Origin: an uncultured bacterium
GTDB lineage: Bacteria > DRYD01
Direction of reading: 5' to 3'
Length of the DNA: 64,000 bases
Assembly (NCBI GenBank): GCA_937139605.1
Contig: CAKZQG010000043.1
Coordinates: 6,692 to 70,691, forward strand
Shown here: one piece after another, positions 19,459 to 28,895 of the stretch
How positions within the stretch are numbered: position 1 is the first letter of the stretch
Layout of the letters: each line of letters begins with the position of its first letter
Translations under genes and position numbers: made by a program
The notes under the pieces: model-generated
The model's database searches: none
What the model saw: only the letters and a program-made list of their open reading frames with translations
What the model was told of the DNA's origin: nothing

Positions 19459-19548
19459 TAAATATATAAAAAACTAAAAATTAAAAAAATTTCTTTAAAA
19501 TGCTTATTATATTATTTACTAAATAAAAATCTTAGCTTATAAAAAAAT

Positions 19549-20001
19549 ATGAAAACTTCTAAACTATTTTTTACATCCTTAATTATTATTCTATTATTAC
19601 TTACTAAATATACAAAAATAAACTATTACTTAGATTTTCTAAATATAGACACCATTACAATAAATAAAATTAATGTCATAGATATTGAATCAGATTTAAT
19701 TTGTAAATGTAGTAGCTGTATAAACCTAAATAAGCTTATTAATAATAATTGTTGTAAATCTTGTAAATGCTCAATAAAAAATATATTAAGACATAACTTA
19801 TATTACATTTCTCCTAATCAAATTAAACAAAATTTATTTTCTTATATTAATAAAATTCTTTATTCTTTTTTTCACTATATTATCAATATTTACTTTTTCA
19901 GGTTCTTTTTAGAAGCTTTTATAATATTTTTATATGATACATTCATATTAATATTAAATAAATATTCTTTATTTTTGTTTTCCATTAAACTTACGTGCTA
20001 G
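19549..20001 (+). CDS. Hypothetical Cys-rich membrane-anchored protein
   Basis: N-terminal hydrophobic stretch, CKCSSC and CCKSCKC clusters, hydrophobic C-terminus; upstream of the metal efflux genes. Confidence 0.5.
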   Translation: MKTSKLFFTSLIIILLLLTKYTKINYYLDFLNIDTITINKINVIDIESDLICKCSSCINLNKLINNNCCKSCKCSIKNILRHNLYYISPNQIKQNLFSYINKILYSFFHYIINIYFFRFFLEAFIIFLYDTFILILNKYSLFLFSIKLTC

Positions 20002-20095
20002 TTCTTTATTTTTAATTCTATTTCTTATTCCTTAATTTTAAGATTATTCTTTAGTTATTTTTTACATTTGTTTTAAAAGGCAGGTGTTTAAATAA

Positions 20096-21385
20096 ATGAA
20101 AAGAAAATTAAGCATATTTTTAATTATCCTTTTAATTATAATTACAAAATCATTTAGCAATAATAATTTAGATACTAATAATTTAAAAGGAAACATTAAC
20201 TATTTTATTAATCTTTTTTATCTGTATAATCCATATATTAGTAAATATGATTATTTAATTAAAGCAAATACTTACAATGCTAATAGCTTTTTATATTCCA
20301 ATTCCTTTGAATACGGTTTTTCTTTATCTAATATACCTTATAAATACATATTACCTAATAAAGCTGAACCTATGACATCATATACCTTGATGTATTCTAT
20401 TACAAATACCAACAAAAATAAAATAAATTCTAATATTAATTATATTTTAAAACAGAACGATATTATCCAATATGATAAATCAATATACATACTTGAATCT
20501 ACTTATCAAATAAAAAAGAACTTAATAAACATATATTTCCTAAATAATAAAAAAGAAATACTAAATAATATTTTAGATGAATTCTTAAAAATAAAAGAAC
20601 TAACTTCCTTAGATTATACTTATAATAAATCAAAGTTATCGGATATATTAATAATCGATAAAGAAATAACATCCTTAAATACTGAAATAAATTCAATAAA
20701 CTTAGAACTAAATAATAATATTCAAACAATATATTCTTTTATACCTTTAAACGATTTAGAAAACAAAATAAACAAAATCCTAAATAAATTTTATAATAAC
20801 ATAGATTTAAATTTAATAGATAATATCATTAATAACTACAATCCAAATAATTTAGATGAAATATATAATAATCCCTATCTAATTAAATTCCAAAAAGAAA
20901 AAGAGTTAATTTATTATGAAATATATAAAGAATCAAGCGCTAAATTACCGGATAATAAATTCTCTATAGAGTACTCTATAAGACCTCACTTAGATCATAT
21001 GTTTATGCTAAAATATTCAATAATGTTTGAAAATAAAAACATCTCTATAAATAAAATTAGAGCTCTTTATGAAAAAATAAATTCAATAAACTCAGAATAC
21101 ACAAACCAATCCCTTAAATTCAAAATATACTATAACTACATTATACTACAATTAAAAGATTCTAAAATATTATTATCAAATTTAACAAATGAAGAAAAAA
21201 AACAAGAAAAATATATTGAATCTCTAAAACTTGAATATATTTACAATAAATCAAAAATATTAGAAATTTATTTAGCTTATAAAGAATTACTTAATATTAA
21301 ATTAAAAAGAAACGAATTAGAAAATAAGATCTTTGATTTCTTAGTAGATTTACAGTACCTAAAAGGAGTGATAAATTATGAATAA
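20096..21385 (+). CDS. Putative TolC/CusC-like outer membrane efflux protein
   Basis: Signal peptide, two helical repeats each ending in Y..NKSK(L/I)..(I/L)L, first gene before a membrane fusion protein and an RND pump; highly divergent. Confidence 0.6.
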   Translation: MKRKLSIFLIILLIIITKSFSNNNLDTNNLKGNINYFINLFYLYNPYISKYDYLIKANTYNANSFLYSNSFEYGFSLSNIPYKYILPNKAEPMTSYTLMYSITNTNKNKINSNINYILKQNDIIQYDKSIYILESTYQIKKNLINIYFLNNKKEILNNILDEFLKIKELTSLDYTYNKSKLSDILIIDKEITSLNTEINSINLELNNNIQTIYSFIPLNDLENKINKILNKFYNNIDLNLIDNIINNYNPNNLDEIYNNPYLIKFQKEKELIYYEIYKESSAKLPDNKFSIEYSIRPHLDHMFMLKYSIMFENKNISINKIRALYEKINSINSEYTNQSLKFKIYYNYIILQLKDSKILLSNLTNEEKKQEKYIESLKLEYIYNKSKILEIYLAYKELLNIKLKRNELENKIFDFLVDLQYLKGVINYE

Positions 21386-22802
21386 TAATAAAAACCAAAA
21401 ATTATTTCCTTTAATAATAATCATTTTAACAATAATAATTGTTTTTATAATATTTTTTTCAAGCTGTAAAGCAGATAAAAACAATTTAAAAGAAAATCCA
21501 AAAAAAGAAAATTCCATTAAAAATGTAATATACACTTGTCCTATGCATCCTGATATTAAACAAGATAAACCAGGTGATTGCCCCATATGTGGTATGAAAT
21601 TAGTTCCTATCAATCAATCTGATAAAAACACTTATAAACATAAAGATAATACTACCAGCATAATATATACCTGTCCTATGCATCCTGATATTAAACAAGA
21701 TAAACCAGGTGATTGCCCCATATGTGGTATGAAATTAGTTCCTATTAGCAACAAAACTACTACTACTTTAGCAACTTCAAATAATTTAACTGATTCAAAC
21801 AATTTAACAACTTCAACTAATTTAACTTCTCCCACTCATACTGGACATTCTAATTTAACTGATACTAAATTTAATAATAAACTATCTTTTGATAATACAA
21901 TAAAAATTAATTATGATATCAAGCTATACAAGGCAAAATATTTAACATTAAAAAATGAAATAAAATTTAATGGATACACCGCAATAAATGAGTCTAATAA
22001 GAAGTCATTATCATTAAATACAGATGTATGGATAAAAGACACATATAATTTATTTAAAGGCAAATATATAAGAAAAGGTGAGCCTATTTTAAAAATTTAT
22101 AGCCTAGAAATAGAACAAACTAAAAAAGAATTAGAATTAGTAAAAGATAATCCTAAATTAAAAGAAATTGTTTTAAAAAAATTAAATTATTTAAGAATAA
22201 GTTCTTACGGGGATATAGATTCTGATAATATAATAAGATCCCCTTATGATTGTATATTAATAGAAAAACAAGCAAATGAAGGAGATTTAATTAAAGCTAA
22301 TCAAAGTATTTATACTTTTATAATAAACCCTGAAACTTGGATAATAGCAGAGATACCAGTAAGTTATCTAAAAGATATTTACATAGGCAAAAGAGTTTTA
22401 GTAAAAACATACAATGGGGATTCTTTTTATTCTAAAATAGATTACATCTTTCCCAATTCGGATTTTGAGAGTAAAACTATAAAAGTAAGAATAAAATATT
22501 CGTTAAAAGATAGCCAAATAATATTACCCTGGAACTTACCATTAGAAATATCAATACTAAAAACAAAAACAGCTATCTTTGTTCCAATAGATAGCATAAT
22601 AAACAAGGGAGATAAAAAAATAGTGTTTAAGAAAATTGATAATAACGTTTTCAAGCCTGTATATATAAAAGTTAATGAATATTTTGTTTATAATGATGAG
22701 GGATATTATGAAGTAGTAGAGGGATTAAAAGAAGGTGATGAAATAGCATATAGTGGCGTATTCTTATTAGATAGTGAAGCAAGAATAAAAGGAATCTACT
22801 AA
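21378..22802 (+). CDS. cusB: CusB-like RND periplasmic adaptor with two heavy-metal-binding domains
   Basis: Two copies of YTCPMHPDIKQDKPGDCPICGMKLVP; MFP core (W.IAEIP, IDYIFP, TIKVRI, YEVVEGLKEGDEIAYSG.FLLDSE). Confidence 0.88.
   Translation: MNNNKNQKLFPLIIIILTIIIVFIIFFSSCKADKNNLKENPKKENSIKNVIYTCPMHPDIKQDKPGDCPICGMKLVPINQSDKNTYKHKDNTTSIIYTCPMHPDIKQDKPGDCPICGMKLVPISNKTTTTLATSNNLTDSNNLTTSTNLTSPTHTGHSNLTDTKFNNKLSFDNTIKINYDIKLYKAKYLTLKNEIKFNGYTAINESNKKSLSLNTDVWIKDTYNLFKGKYIRKGEPILKIYSLEIEQTKKELELVKDNPKLKEIVLKKLNYLRISSYGDIDSDNIIRSPYDCILIEKQANEGDLIKANQSIYTFIINPETWIIAEIPVSYLKDIYIGKRVLVKTYNGDSFYSKIDYIFPNSDFESKTIKVRIKYSLKDSQIILPWNLPLEISILKTKTAIFVPIDSIINKGDKKIVFKKIDNNVFKPVYIKVNEYFVYNDEGYYEVVEGLKEGDEIAYSGVFLLDSEARIKGIY
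21526..21745 (+). repeat. Intragenic duplication of the metal-binding domain (85 bp x2, period 135)
   Basis: 21526-21610 and 21661-21745 differ at only two synonymous positions. Confidence 0.9.
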
Positions 22803-22852
22803 ATTTATTAAATTTCACTAAATAATTTACCCAAATAAAGTGAGGTGTGTTT

Positions 22853-25800
22853 ATGATAAAATTCTTAGTTAATAATTCCTTCGTTTTTGTATTTATATCC
22901 ATCATTCTGTTTTTTTATTCCATTATTGATTTATTTATCTTAAAGAATTTAAGAATAGATGTTATCCCTGATTTAAGTGATAAGCAAGTTATAATATATA
23001 CAGAATATATGGGGCAAACTCCACAAATAGTACATGATCAAGTTAGCTATGTAATAGCATCAAATATGATGGGCTTACCTGGAGTGAAATCCGTTAGAAG
23101 CTATAGCATGCCTAATTTCTCATTAGTTTATGTTATATTTAATGATAATATAGATATTTATTACGCAAGGAATAGAGTTTTAGAGAGACTAAATACTTTG
23201 AACTTACCTAACGGAGTTACCCCACTCTTAGGGCCTGACGCTACGGGAGTAGGCTGGGCTTATCAATATGTTATTATATCCAATACTAAAAATCTTTCAG
23301 AATTATGGGATTTCCAAAATTTTTATCTAAAATACATCCTATTATCTTTACCAAATGTTTCAGAAGTAGCTTCTGTAGGAGGATATCAAAAAGAATTTAG
23401 AATATTTATAGATCCATATAAATTATATCAATATAAAATAAGCTTAAAAGATATAGTTAATTCAATTGAAAGTAATAATATAAGTGGTAGCGGAAAATAC
23501 TTAGAAATATCAGAAAAACAAGTCCTAATAAACACAAACGGATATATTAAATCAATAAACGATATTATGAAAATTAAGGTTAATAATTTTTTAAAATTAA
23601 GGGATATAGCATATATTTCAGAAGTTCCTGCATTAAGGATGGGAGTAGCTGATTACAATGGAGATGGCCAAGTAGTGGGTGGAATAGTTGTAATAAGATA
23701 TTCCGCAGATACATATAAAACCCTTGAATTAATTAAACAAAAAATTAATGAAATTTCACAAAAATTAAAAGATATCCAGATTATCCCAGTATATGATAGA
23801 AGCATATTAATAGAAGAAACTATAAAAGGATTATTTAAAGATATCATTAAAGAAATGATAATAACTATAATTGTAGTTTCTATATTTTTATATAGTTTAA
23901 GAGGGTCTTTGATTATCTTGTATTTTATGTTATTTAGTACAGTAATTGGGTTATATATTTTTAATTTTAGTGGGATAAATTCTAATATAATGAGTTTAGG
24001 TGGAGTTATGTTAGCTATAGGTACAATGATAGACGCCGGAATCGTTATAACAGAAAACTACTACAGAAATAAAAATAATTATTTACTTATAAATACGTAT
24101 TTAACAAAAATTTACCCCCAATTTATATATAACATCTTTTTAAAAACGGATTACAAAAAAATAAATAGTAGCTTAAATTTATTAGCTCTAGATGTTTCTT
24201 TTAAAGAAGTAGGGATCCCCATTTTTAATGCTTTATTAATTGTAGCCTTATCATTTCTACCGTTTATGTTTTTACATGGACAAACAGGTAAATTATTCTC
24301 CCCATTAGTAATAACTAAAACTTTATTAATGCTTATAGGAGCATTATTCTCCATTTTCTTAGTTATTCCATTAATAAAGATCATTTCACCTATCACTAAT
24401 AAATTTATTCTAAAAATAAAAGAAGAATTAATAAATATAATATTTGAGAAAATATACGAAATAATTTTTAAGATAGTAATGAAATTATGGGTAGTTTTTG
24501 CTGTTATACCTATTTTAGCATGGTTTTTATTTTTTAATTATATAAGTAGTTTAAAAACAGAGTTTATGCCGTATTTAAGAGAATATACTTTAATGTATAT
24601 GCCAACAACTATACCAAGTATATCAATTGATACCGCTTATAAAATACTACAATATCAAGACAAAATAATAAAAAGCGTATATGAAGTTGATAAGGTTTTT
24701 GGGAAAGCAGGTAGAGCTAATTCTGCAACTGATCCTGCTCCATTATCCATGATTGAAACTATTATAACATTAAAACCTAAAGACCAATGGCGAAAAAATT
24801 TAACCTATGAAGATATTATAAATGAACTAGATTCTAAATTACAGATCCCTGGAGTAGTAAATGGTTGGACCCAACCAATAAAAGGTAGAATAGATATGGT
24901 AACAACAGGCATAAGAACACCCTTAGGAATAAAAATTTATTCAGATAACTTAGATAACTTATTTAATATGTCAATTAAAATAGAAAATAATCTAAAAAAA
25001 TTAGATGAATTTATAACGGTATATGCTGAAAAAAGCGCTATTCATCCATACTTAGTAATAAATTACAACCGAGATAAATTATTCCAATACAATCTTAATA
25101 TTAATGATATCCAAGAATATTTTGATTATTTATTTTTAAATAAACCAGTTAGTACAGTAATAGATGGTATAAAAAGATATAATATCTCCTTAAGTGTAGA
25201 TGAAAATTATAAAAATAATCTCCTTAATTTTCCATTATATATTAATAATGAAATTATAAGATTAAGTGACGTATGTGATATAAAATTCCAAGAGAGTTTT
25301 TCAGAGATAAAATTTGAAAACGGTTTTTTTGTTAATTATATCTATTTGGTTCCTAAAAAAGGGGTTGATTTAAATTTACTAATAAAAAAGATAGATAAAG
25401 TTTTAAATGATTTATTAACAAAAGAAAATGGCACATATTTTTATGAATATAGTGGGGATTTTAAGTACTGGTTGGATACTATAAACAGTCTAAAATTAGT
25501 ACTACCCTTAGTTTTTATAATTATAGTTTTATTGGTTTATATAACATTTAATGATATAAAGGATGTTTTATTAGTATTTTACTTATTACCTTGTTCATTA
25601 ATAGGAAGTGTAATTATAATGAAATTATTAAATTATAATTTATCAGTAGCAAGTATAGCAGGGATAGTAGCAACCTTAGGAATTTCTGTTGAAATGCTAA
25701 TCATAATGATATTATATATAAAAAACAGTTTAAAATATGCAAAAGATATAAAGCAAGGGATATTTGAGGGAGCAGTAAAAAGAGTAAGACCTAAATTAAT

Positions 25801-26011
25801 GACTGCTATTGTAATAATAGCTTCACTAACTCCGATTTTATACAGTCAAGAAATGGGTAGCGAAGTATTATCTAAGATAGTAGCCCCGATGATAGGAGGA
25901 ACTATCTCCTCTTTTATAACCGCCTTAATTTTCATACCACCTATCTATTTATTATTAAACATTAAAAAAACATTAAAAATATCTCAAAAGAAATTGTTAA
26001 AAATTAGTTAA
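22853..26011 (+). CDS. cusA: CusA/CzcA family heavy-metal RND efflux permease, probably Cu(I)/Ag(I)
   Basis: DVIPDLSDKQVIIYT, LGPDATGVGW, GAVKRVRPKLMT; Met residues at the three CusA-type metal-site contexts (LMYMPT, PLSMIET, RIDMVTTG). ATG at 22853 follows SD GAGGTG. Confidence 0.92.
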   Translation: MIKFLVNNSFVFVFISIILFFYSIIDLFILKNLRIDVIPDLSDKQVIIYTEYMGQTPQIVHDQVSYVIASNMMGLPGVKSVRSYSMPNFSLVYVIFNDNIDIYYARNRVLERLNTLNLPNGVTPLLGPDATGVGWAYQYVIISNTKNLSELWDFQNFYLKYILLSLPNVSEVASVGGYQKEFRIFIDPYKLYQYKISLKDIVNSIESNNISGSGKYLEISEKQVLINTNGYIKSINDIMKIKVNNFLKLRDIAYISEVPALRMGVADYNGDGQVVGGIVVIRYSADTYKTLELIKQKINEISQKLKDIQIIPVYDRSILIEETIKGLFKDIIKEMIITIIVVSIFLYSLRGSLIILYFMLFSTVIGLYIFNFSGINSNIMSLGGVMLAIGTMIDAGIVITENYYRNKNNYLLINTYLTKIYPQFIYNIFLKTDYKKINSSLNLLALDVSFKEVGIPIFNALLIVALSFLPFMFLHGQTGKLFSPLVITKTLLMLIGALFSIFLVIPLIKIISPITNKFILKIKEELINIIFEKIYEIIFKIVMKLWVVFAVIPILAWFLFFNYISSLKTEFMPYLREYTLMYMPTTIPSISIDTAYKILQYQDKIIKSVYEVDKVFGKAGRANSATDPAPLSMIETIITLKPKDQWRKNLTYEDIINELDSKLQIPGVVNGWTQPIKGRIDMVTTGIRTPLGIKIYSDNLDNLFNMSIKIENNLKKLDEFITVYAEKSAIHPYLVINYNRDKLFQYNLNINDIQEYFDYLFLNKPVSTVIDGIKRYNISLSVDENYKNNLLNFPLYINNEIIRLSDVCDIKFQESFSEIKFENGFFVNYIYLVPKKGVDLNLLIKKIDKVLNDLLTKENGTYFYEYSGDFKYWLDTINSLKLVLPLVFIIIVLLVYITFNDIKDVLLVFYLLPCSLIGSVIIMKLLNYNLSVASIAGIVATLGISVEMLIIMILYIKNSLKYAKDIKQGIFEGAVKRVRPKLMTAIVIIASLTPILYSQEMGSEVLSKIVAPMIGGTISSFITALIFIPPIYLLLNIKKTLKISQKKLLKIS

Positions 26012-26075
26012 AAAATAGTTAATAAAATGTAAATAGAGCCTAAAAATCACTAATTTTAGTAACATTTTTTTAACA
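25995..26075. promoter_or_regulatory. Array of 11-bp-periodic hexamer boxes upstream of the 26129 gene
   Basis: TGTTAA-AGTTAA-AGTTAA-TGTAAA at 25995, 26006, 26017, 26028, plus GTAACA-N5-TTAACA at 26059-26075; TATAAT at 26095. Confidence 0.55.
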
Positions 26076-26128
26076 ATTTTTATTTAAAAATCGTTATAAT
26101 ATATAATGTAAAAAGGAGGTGAATATAT

Positions 26129-27151
26129 ATGAATAGGATAATCATTGCTCTTTTAATAGCATTTATAACGATAAGTATAGCTTTAGCAGGAATCAAAAAA
26201 GGAGATATCCAAAAAGATTTCCACTATGATCAAACTATAACTAAAAATATTAATATAAATAAGCTAATAGAAGAATATTATGGTCATTATAATGGGACAA
26301 ATACATGGAGCGAAGAATTTAAAAACGCAATGAAACAAAGAGCATTAGATTTACTAAATGACAATAATATTAATCAGATTGTATCAGCTGAAATATTTGC
26401 TGCATTAGGGGTTAATGGGTTTGTATTTAATATAAATCCTTCTCAGCCACAATTTGATCAATTCTATTTTCCTGGAAGAGAAACAGTTGGCTACGTATTA
26501 GCCTCAAGAGATACTAATGGTAGCTATTTTATGGACATAGCAGAAGGCGATGTAAGCATAAGAATAGAAGGAGCAATAAGTGGCGAAGTAAAAGCAAAAG
26601 TAACAGCTACTCATAACATCAGCCCATTAGTAATAGACTTAGATCAAAATAATATAATAGATACTTATAACAAAAGTAATTTCTCTAAACCAGTAGCATC
26701 TAAAGAGGATTTTCAAAAAAGGAACTGGATAAGTATGGATATCTTAGGTGATGGAGTTATAAGAGTAGTAGAAAAATTAGGACCAAATGATGGATTATTA
26801 TTTACCACTAATGATATAAACAAAATAATTAATAGAGGATATATAACAGGTAAAGAATTATTTGGACAATCTGATGGATTTAAAAATGGATTTGAAAAAA
26901 TGAAACTACTTGATAAAGATAATAATAATATAATAGAAGGCAAAGAACTAAATAATGTATATGTATGGCAAGATAAAAATCAAGATGGAAAAGTCCAAGA
27001 AAATGAAATTCTTAACTCCAAAGATATAAATTTAACAAGAATTAATCTTAACTATAATTCTAAAATGATGAGCACAGCTACTATGAATGGAAAAACTACG
27101 ATAGTATGGGACTGGTATCCTGCAACCTTAGATGTAAAATTCTCAAAATAA
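26129..27151 (+). CDS. Secreted protein with EF-hand-like calcium-binding (SPLVIDLD) domain
   Basis: Signal peptide; SPLVIDLDQNN, DGLL, GKELFG, NGFEKMKLLDKDNN..I, VYVWQDKNQDG...NEI, as in the calcium-binding modules of RTX-associated proteins. Confidence 0.65.
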   Translation: MNRIIIALLIAFITISIALAGIKKGDIQKDFHYDQTITKNININKLIEEYYGHYNGTNTWSEEFKNAMKQRALDLLNDNNINQIVSAEIFAALGVNGFVFNINPSQPQFDQFYFPGRETVGYVLASRDTNGSYFMDIAEGDVSIRIEGAISGEVKAKVTATHNISPLVIDLDQNNIIDTYNKSNFSKPVASKEDFQKRNWISMDILGDGVIRVVEKLGPNDGLLFTTNDINKIINRGYITGKELFGQSDGFKNGFEKMKLLDKDNNNIIEGKELNNVYVWQDKNQDGKVQENEILNSKDINLTRINLNYNSKMMSTATMNGKTTIVWDWYPATLDVKFSK

Positions 27152-27203
27152 AATATATTAGTAATTAAATAAATGAAAATTTAATAAAGTATAGAATAAT
27201 TAT

Positions 27204-27232
27204 AGGGAGGGAAAAAATTCCCTCCCTTTTTA
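27204..27232 (+). terminator. Rho-independent terminator
   Basis: AGGGAGGGAA-aaaa-TTCCCTCCCT followed by a T run, just downstream of the 26129 gene. Confidence 0.85.
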
Positions 27233-27301
27233 TTTTGTTCTCTATTAGTTTTTATAAAAATAATAAAAATACATATATTTATTAAAAAGGAGGTCAGAAT
27301 C

Positions 27302-28429
27302 ATGAGGAATTTTTCTAAAATAATTTCCTTCGTAATCTCACTTGCTTTCCTATTTTTAATTCTTTACTCTTCCATTTTAATTTTAGCTTTTGGAGATGAA
27401 AATAATAATATTAAAGAAATATTTAAAATTGATAAATATGAAATAATAGGTAATAATAATGAAATAGATGAGAAAAAATTTTATGTAGCTGGTTTTAATG
27501 ATATGTCCAATAAAATATTAGCAATAGCTCCTATAGTAGATATTAATTTAAAAAAACAAGATAAAAACTACAGGTTATATTTTATATCAATTACTGAAAA
27601 TCCTAAAATAGAAAAAATAGACATCCCACTTTTTAATATCCAACAGTATATATTTTACAATAATAAACTGTACTTAATAGGAAATAATCTAACAACACTT
27701 GCTGCTCTCGATTTAAATAAAAATTCTTTTGATATATTAACACAAGTTGAAATAGGGAAACCATCTTTTAGATATTTTGGATTAATATGGTTAGAAAATA
27801 ATTCATTATTTGTACCAGGTTATAAAATGGACGAAAAACAATTCTCTGAAGATACATTTATCTACAAATTAAATATTGAAAATAATAAAGTAAATTTTAT
27901 AAATACTAATTTCAATTTAACCAAAATAGAAAAAGAACAAAAACCTATAGAATTAGTTATTTTAAATTCAGAAAAGATAGCTTTATTAAAACAAGAAATA
28001 GATAAAAAAAATAACAAGATATCTTTAATAACAATTGATAAAAATTATAAAATTAAAGAAATAGAAACAGGGGATACCTTTGGTGGATTAGCTTTTTCTA
28101 ATAACTACCTATTATATTCATTTAAACAAAAAAATAGGATACTTTATTCTTTATATGATTTTAATAATGAGCAAACATTTATTAAAAATGAATTTAATGT
28201 TCCATTAATGTACCCATTTATCTCCAAAAATTCTAATATAATTATTTTTAGTAACTATAATCCTAAAACCAACAAAATGGACACTTACTTAGGGAAAAAA
28301 GATAATAATTATAAATTAAACAAAATTATAGAAAAAGCAGATTTAGGATATATAAAAGTTTCTAAAGATGGAGAATATTTCCTTATTTTTAACATCAAAG
28401 GATACTTAACTTTATTTAAAGTTAATTAA
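27302..28429 (+). CDS. Hypothetical exported protein, possibly beta-propeller
   Basis: SD AGGAGGT, N-terminal hydrophobic helix, beta-rich repeats ending SKDGEYFLIF. Confidence 0.65.
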   Translation: MRNFSKIISFVISLAFLFLILYSSILILAFGDENNNIKEIFKIDKYEIIGNNNEIDEKKFYVAGFNDMSNKILAIAPIVDINLKKQDKNYRLYFISITENPKIEKIDIPLFNIQQYIFYNNKLYLIGNNLTTLAALDLNKNSFDILTQVEIGKPSFRYFGLIWLENNSLFVPGYKMDEKQFSEDTFIYKLNIENNKVNFINTNFNLTKIEKEQKPIELVILNSEKIALLKQEIDKKNNKISLITIDKNYKIKEIETGDTFGGLAFSNNYLLYSFKQKNRILYSLYDFNNEQTFIKNEFNVPLMYPFISKNSNIIIFSNYNPKTNKMDTYLGKKDNNYKLNKIIEKADLGYIKVSKDGEYFLIFNIKGYLTLFKVN

Positions 28430-28435
28430 ACTATA

Positions 28436-28760
28436 TTATGAATAATTAATCCTAATAATATCTTTAACAAGGTTATAAACTCTACCTATTTATCCCACCT
28501 TATTAAAGTTATTTTTAAAGCGCTTTTTATAATATCCTTTTTACTAACTTCATGCATATACTTAATACAACAACATTATGGTAAGATTTCCTTGCCTTCA
28601 ATACTCTAGCTATCAAATGATAAGAACCACCAGTTAATAAAATCACAAATCCTTTGCTTATTCCCTCAATAATAGAATAAATTGCAGTGCATTTATATTT
28701 TATCTCCTTCTATTTCTAAAAATCTCTTCTTTGTCCTTCTTTTAATAAAACTCTATCTTA
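28436..28760 (-). pseudogene. Decayed gene for an unknown Gly-rich membrane protein (copy 2)
   Basis: Broken frames give DRVLLKEGQRRDFLEIEGDKI / KCTAIYSIIEGISKGFVILLTGGSYHLIARVLKARKSY / IGRVYNLVKDIIR, which align by eye with the 3491-4002 remnant. Confidence 0.6.
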
Positions 28761-28895
28761 TCTACTATTTATTTTTATAATCTTTAAAATCATTTTTTTA
28801 AATAAAATTTATTATTGATTTTAATTTTTCTTAACTTTGCTATTTTAGTTTATCCTTTTTAAAGGATTTTATTTTATTAAATTTAATAAAAAAAT

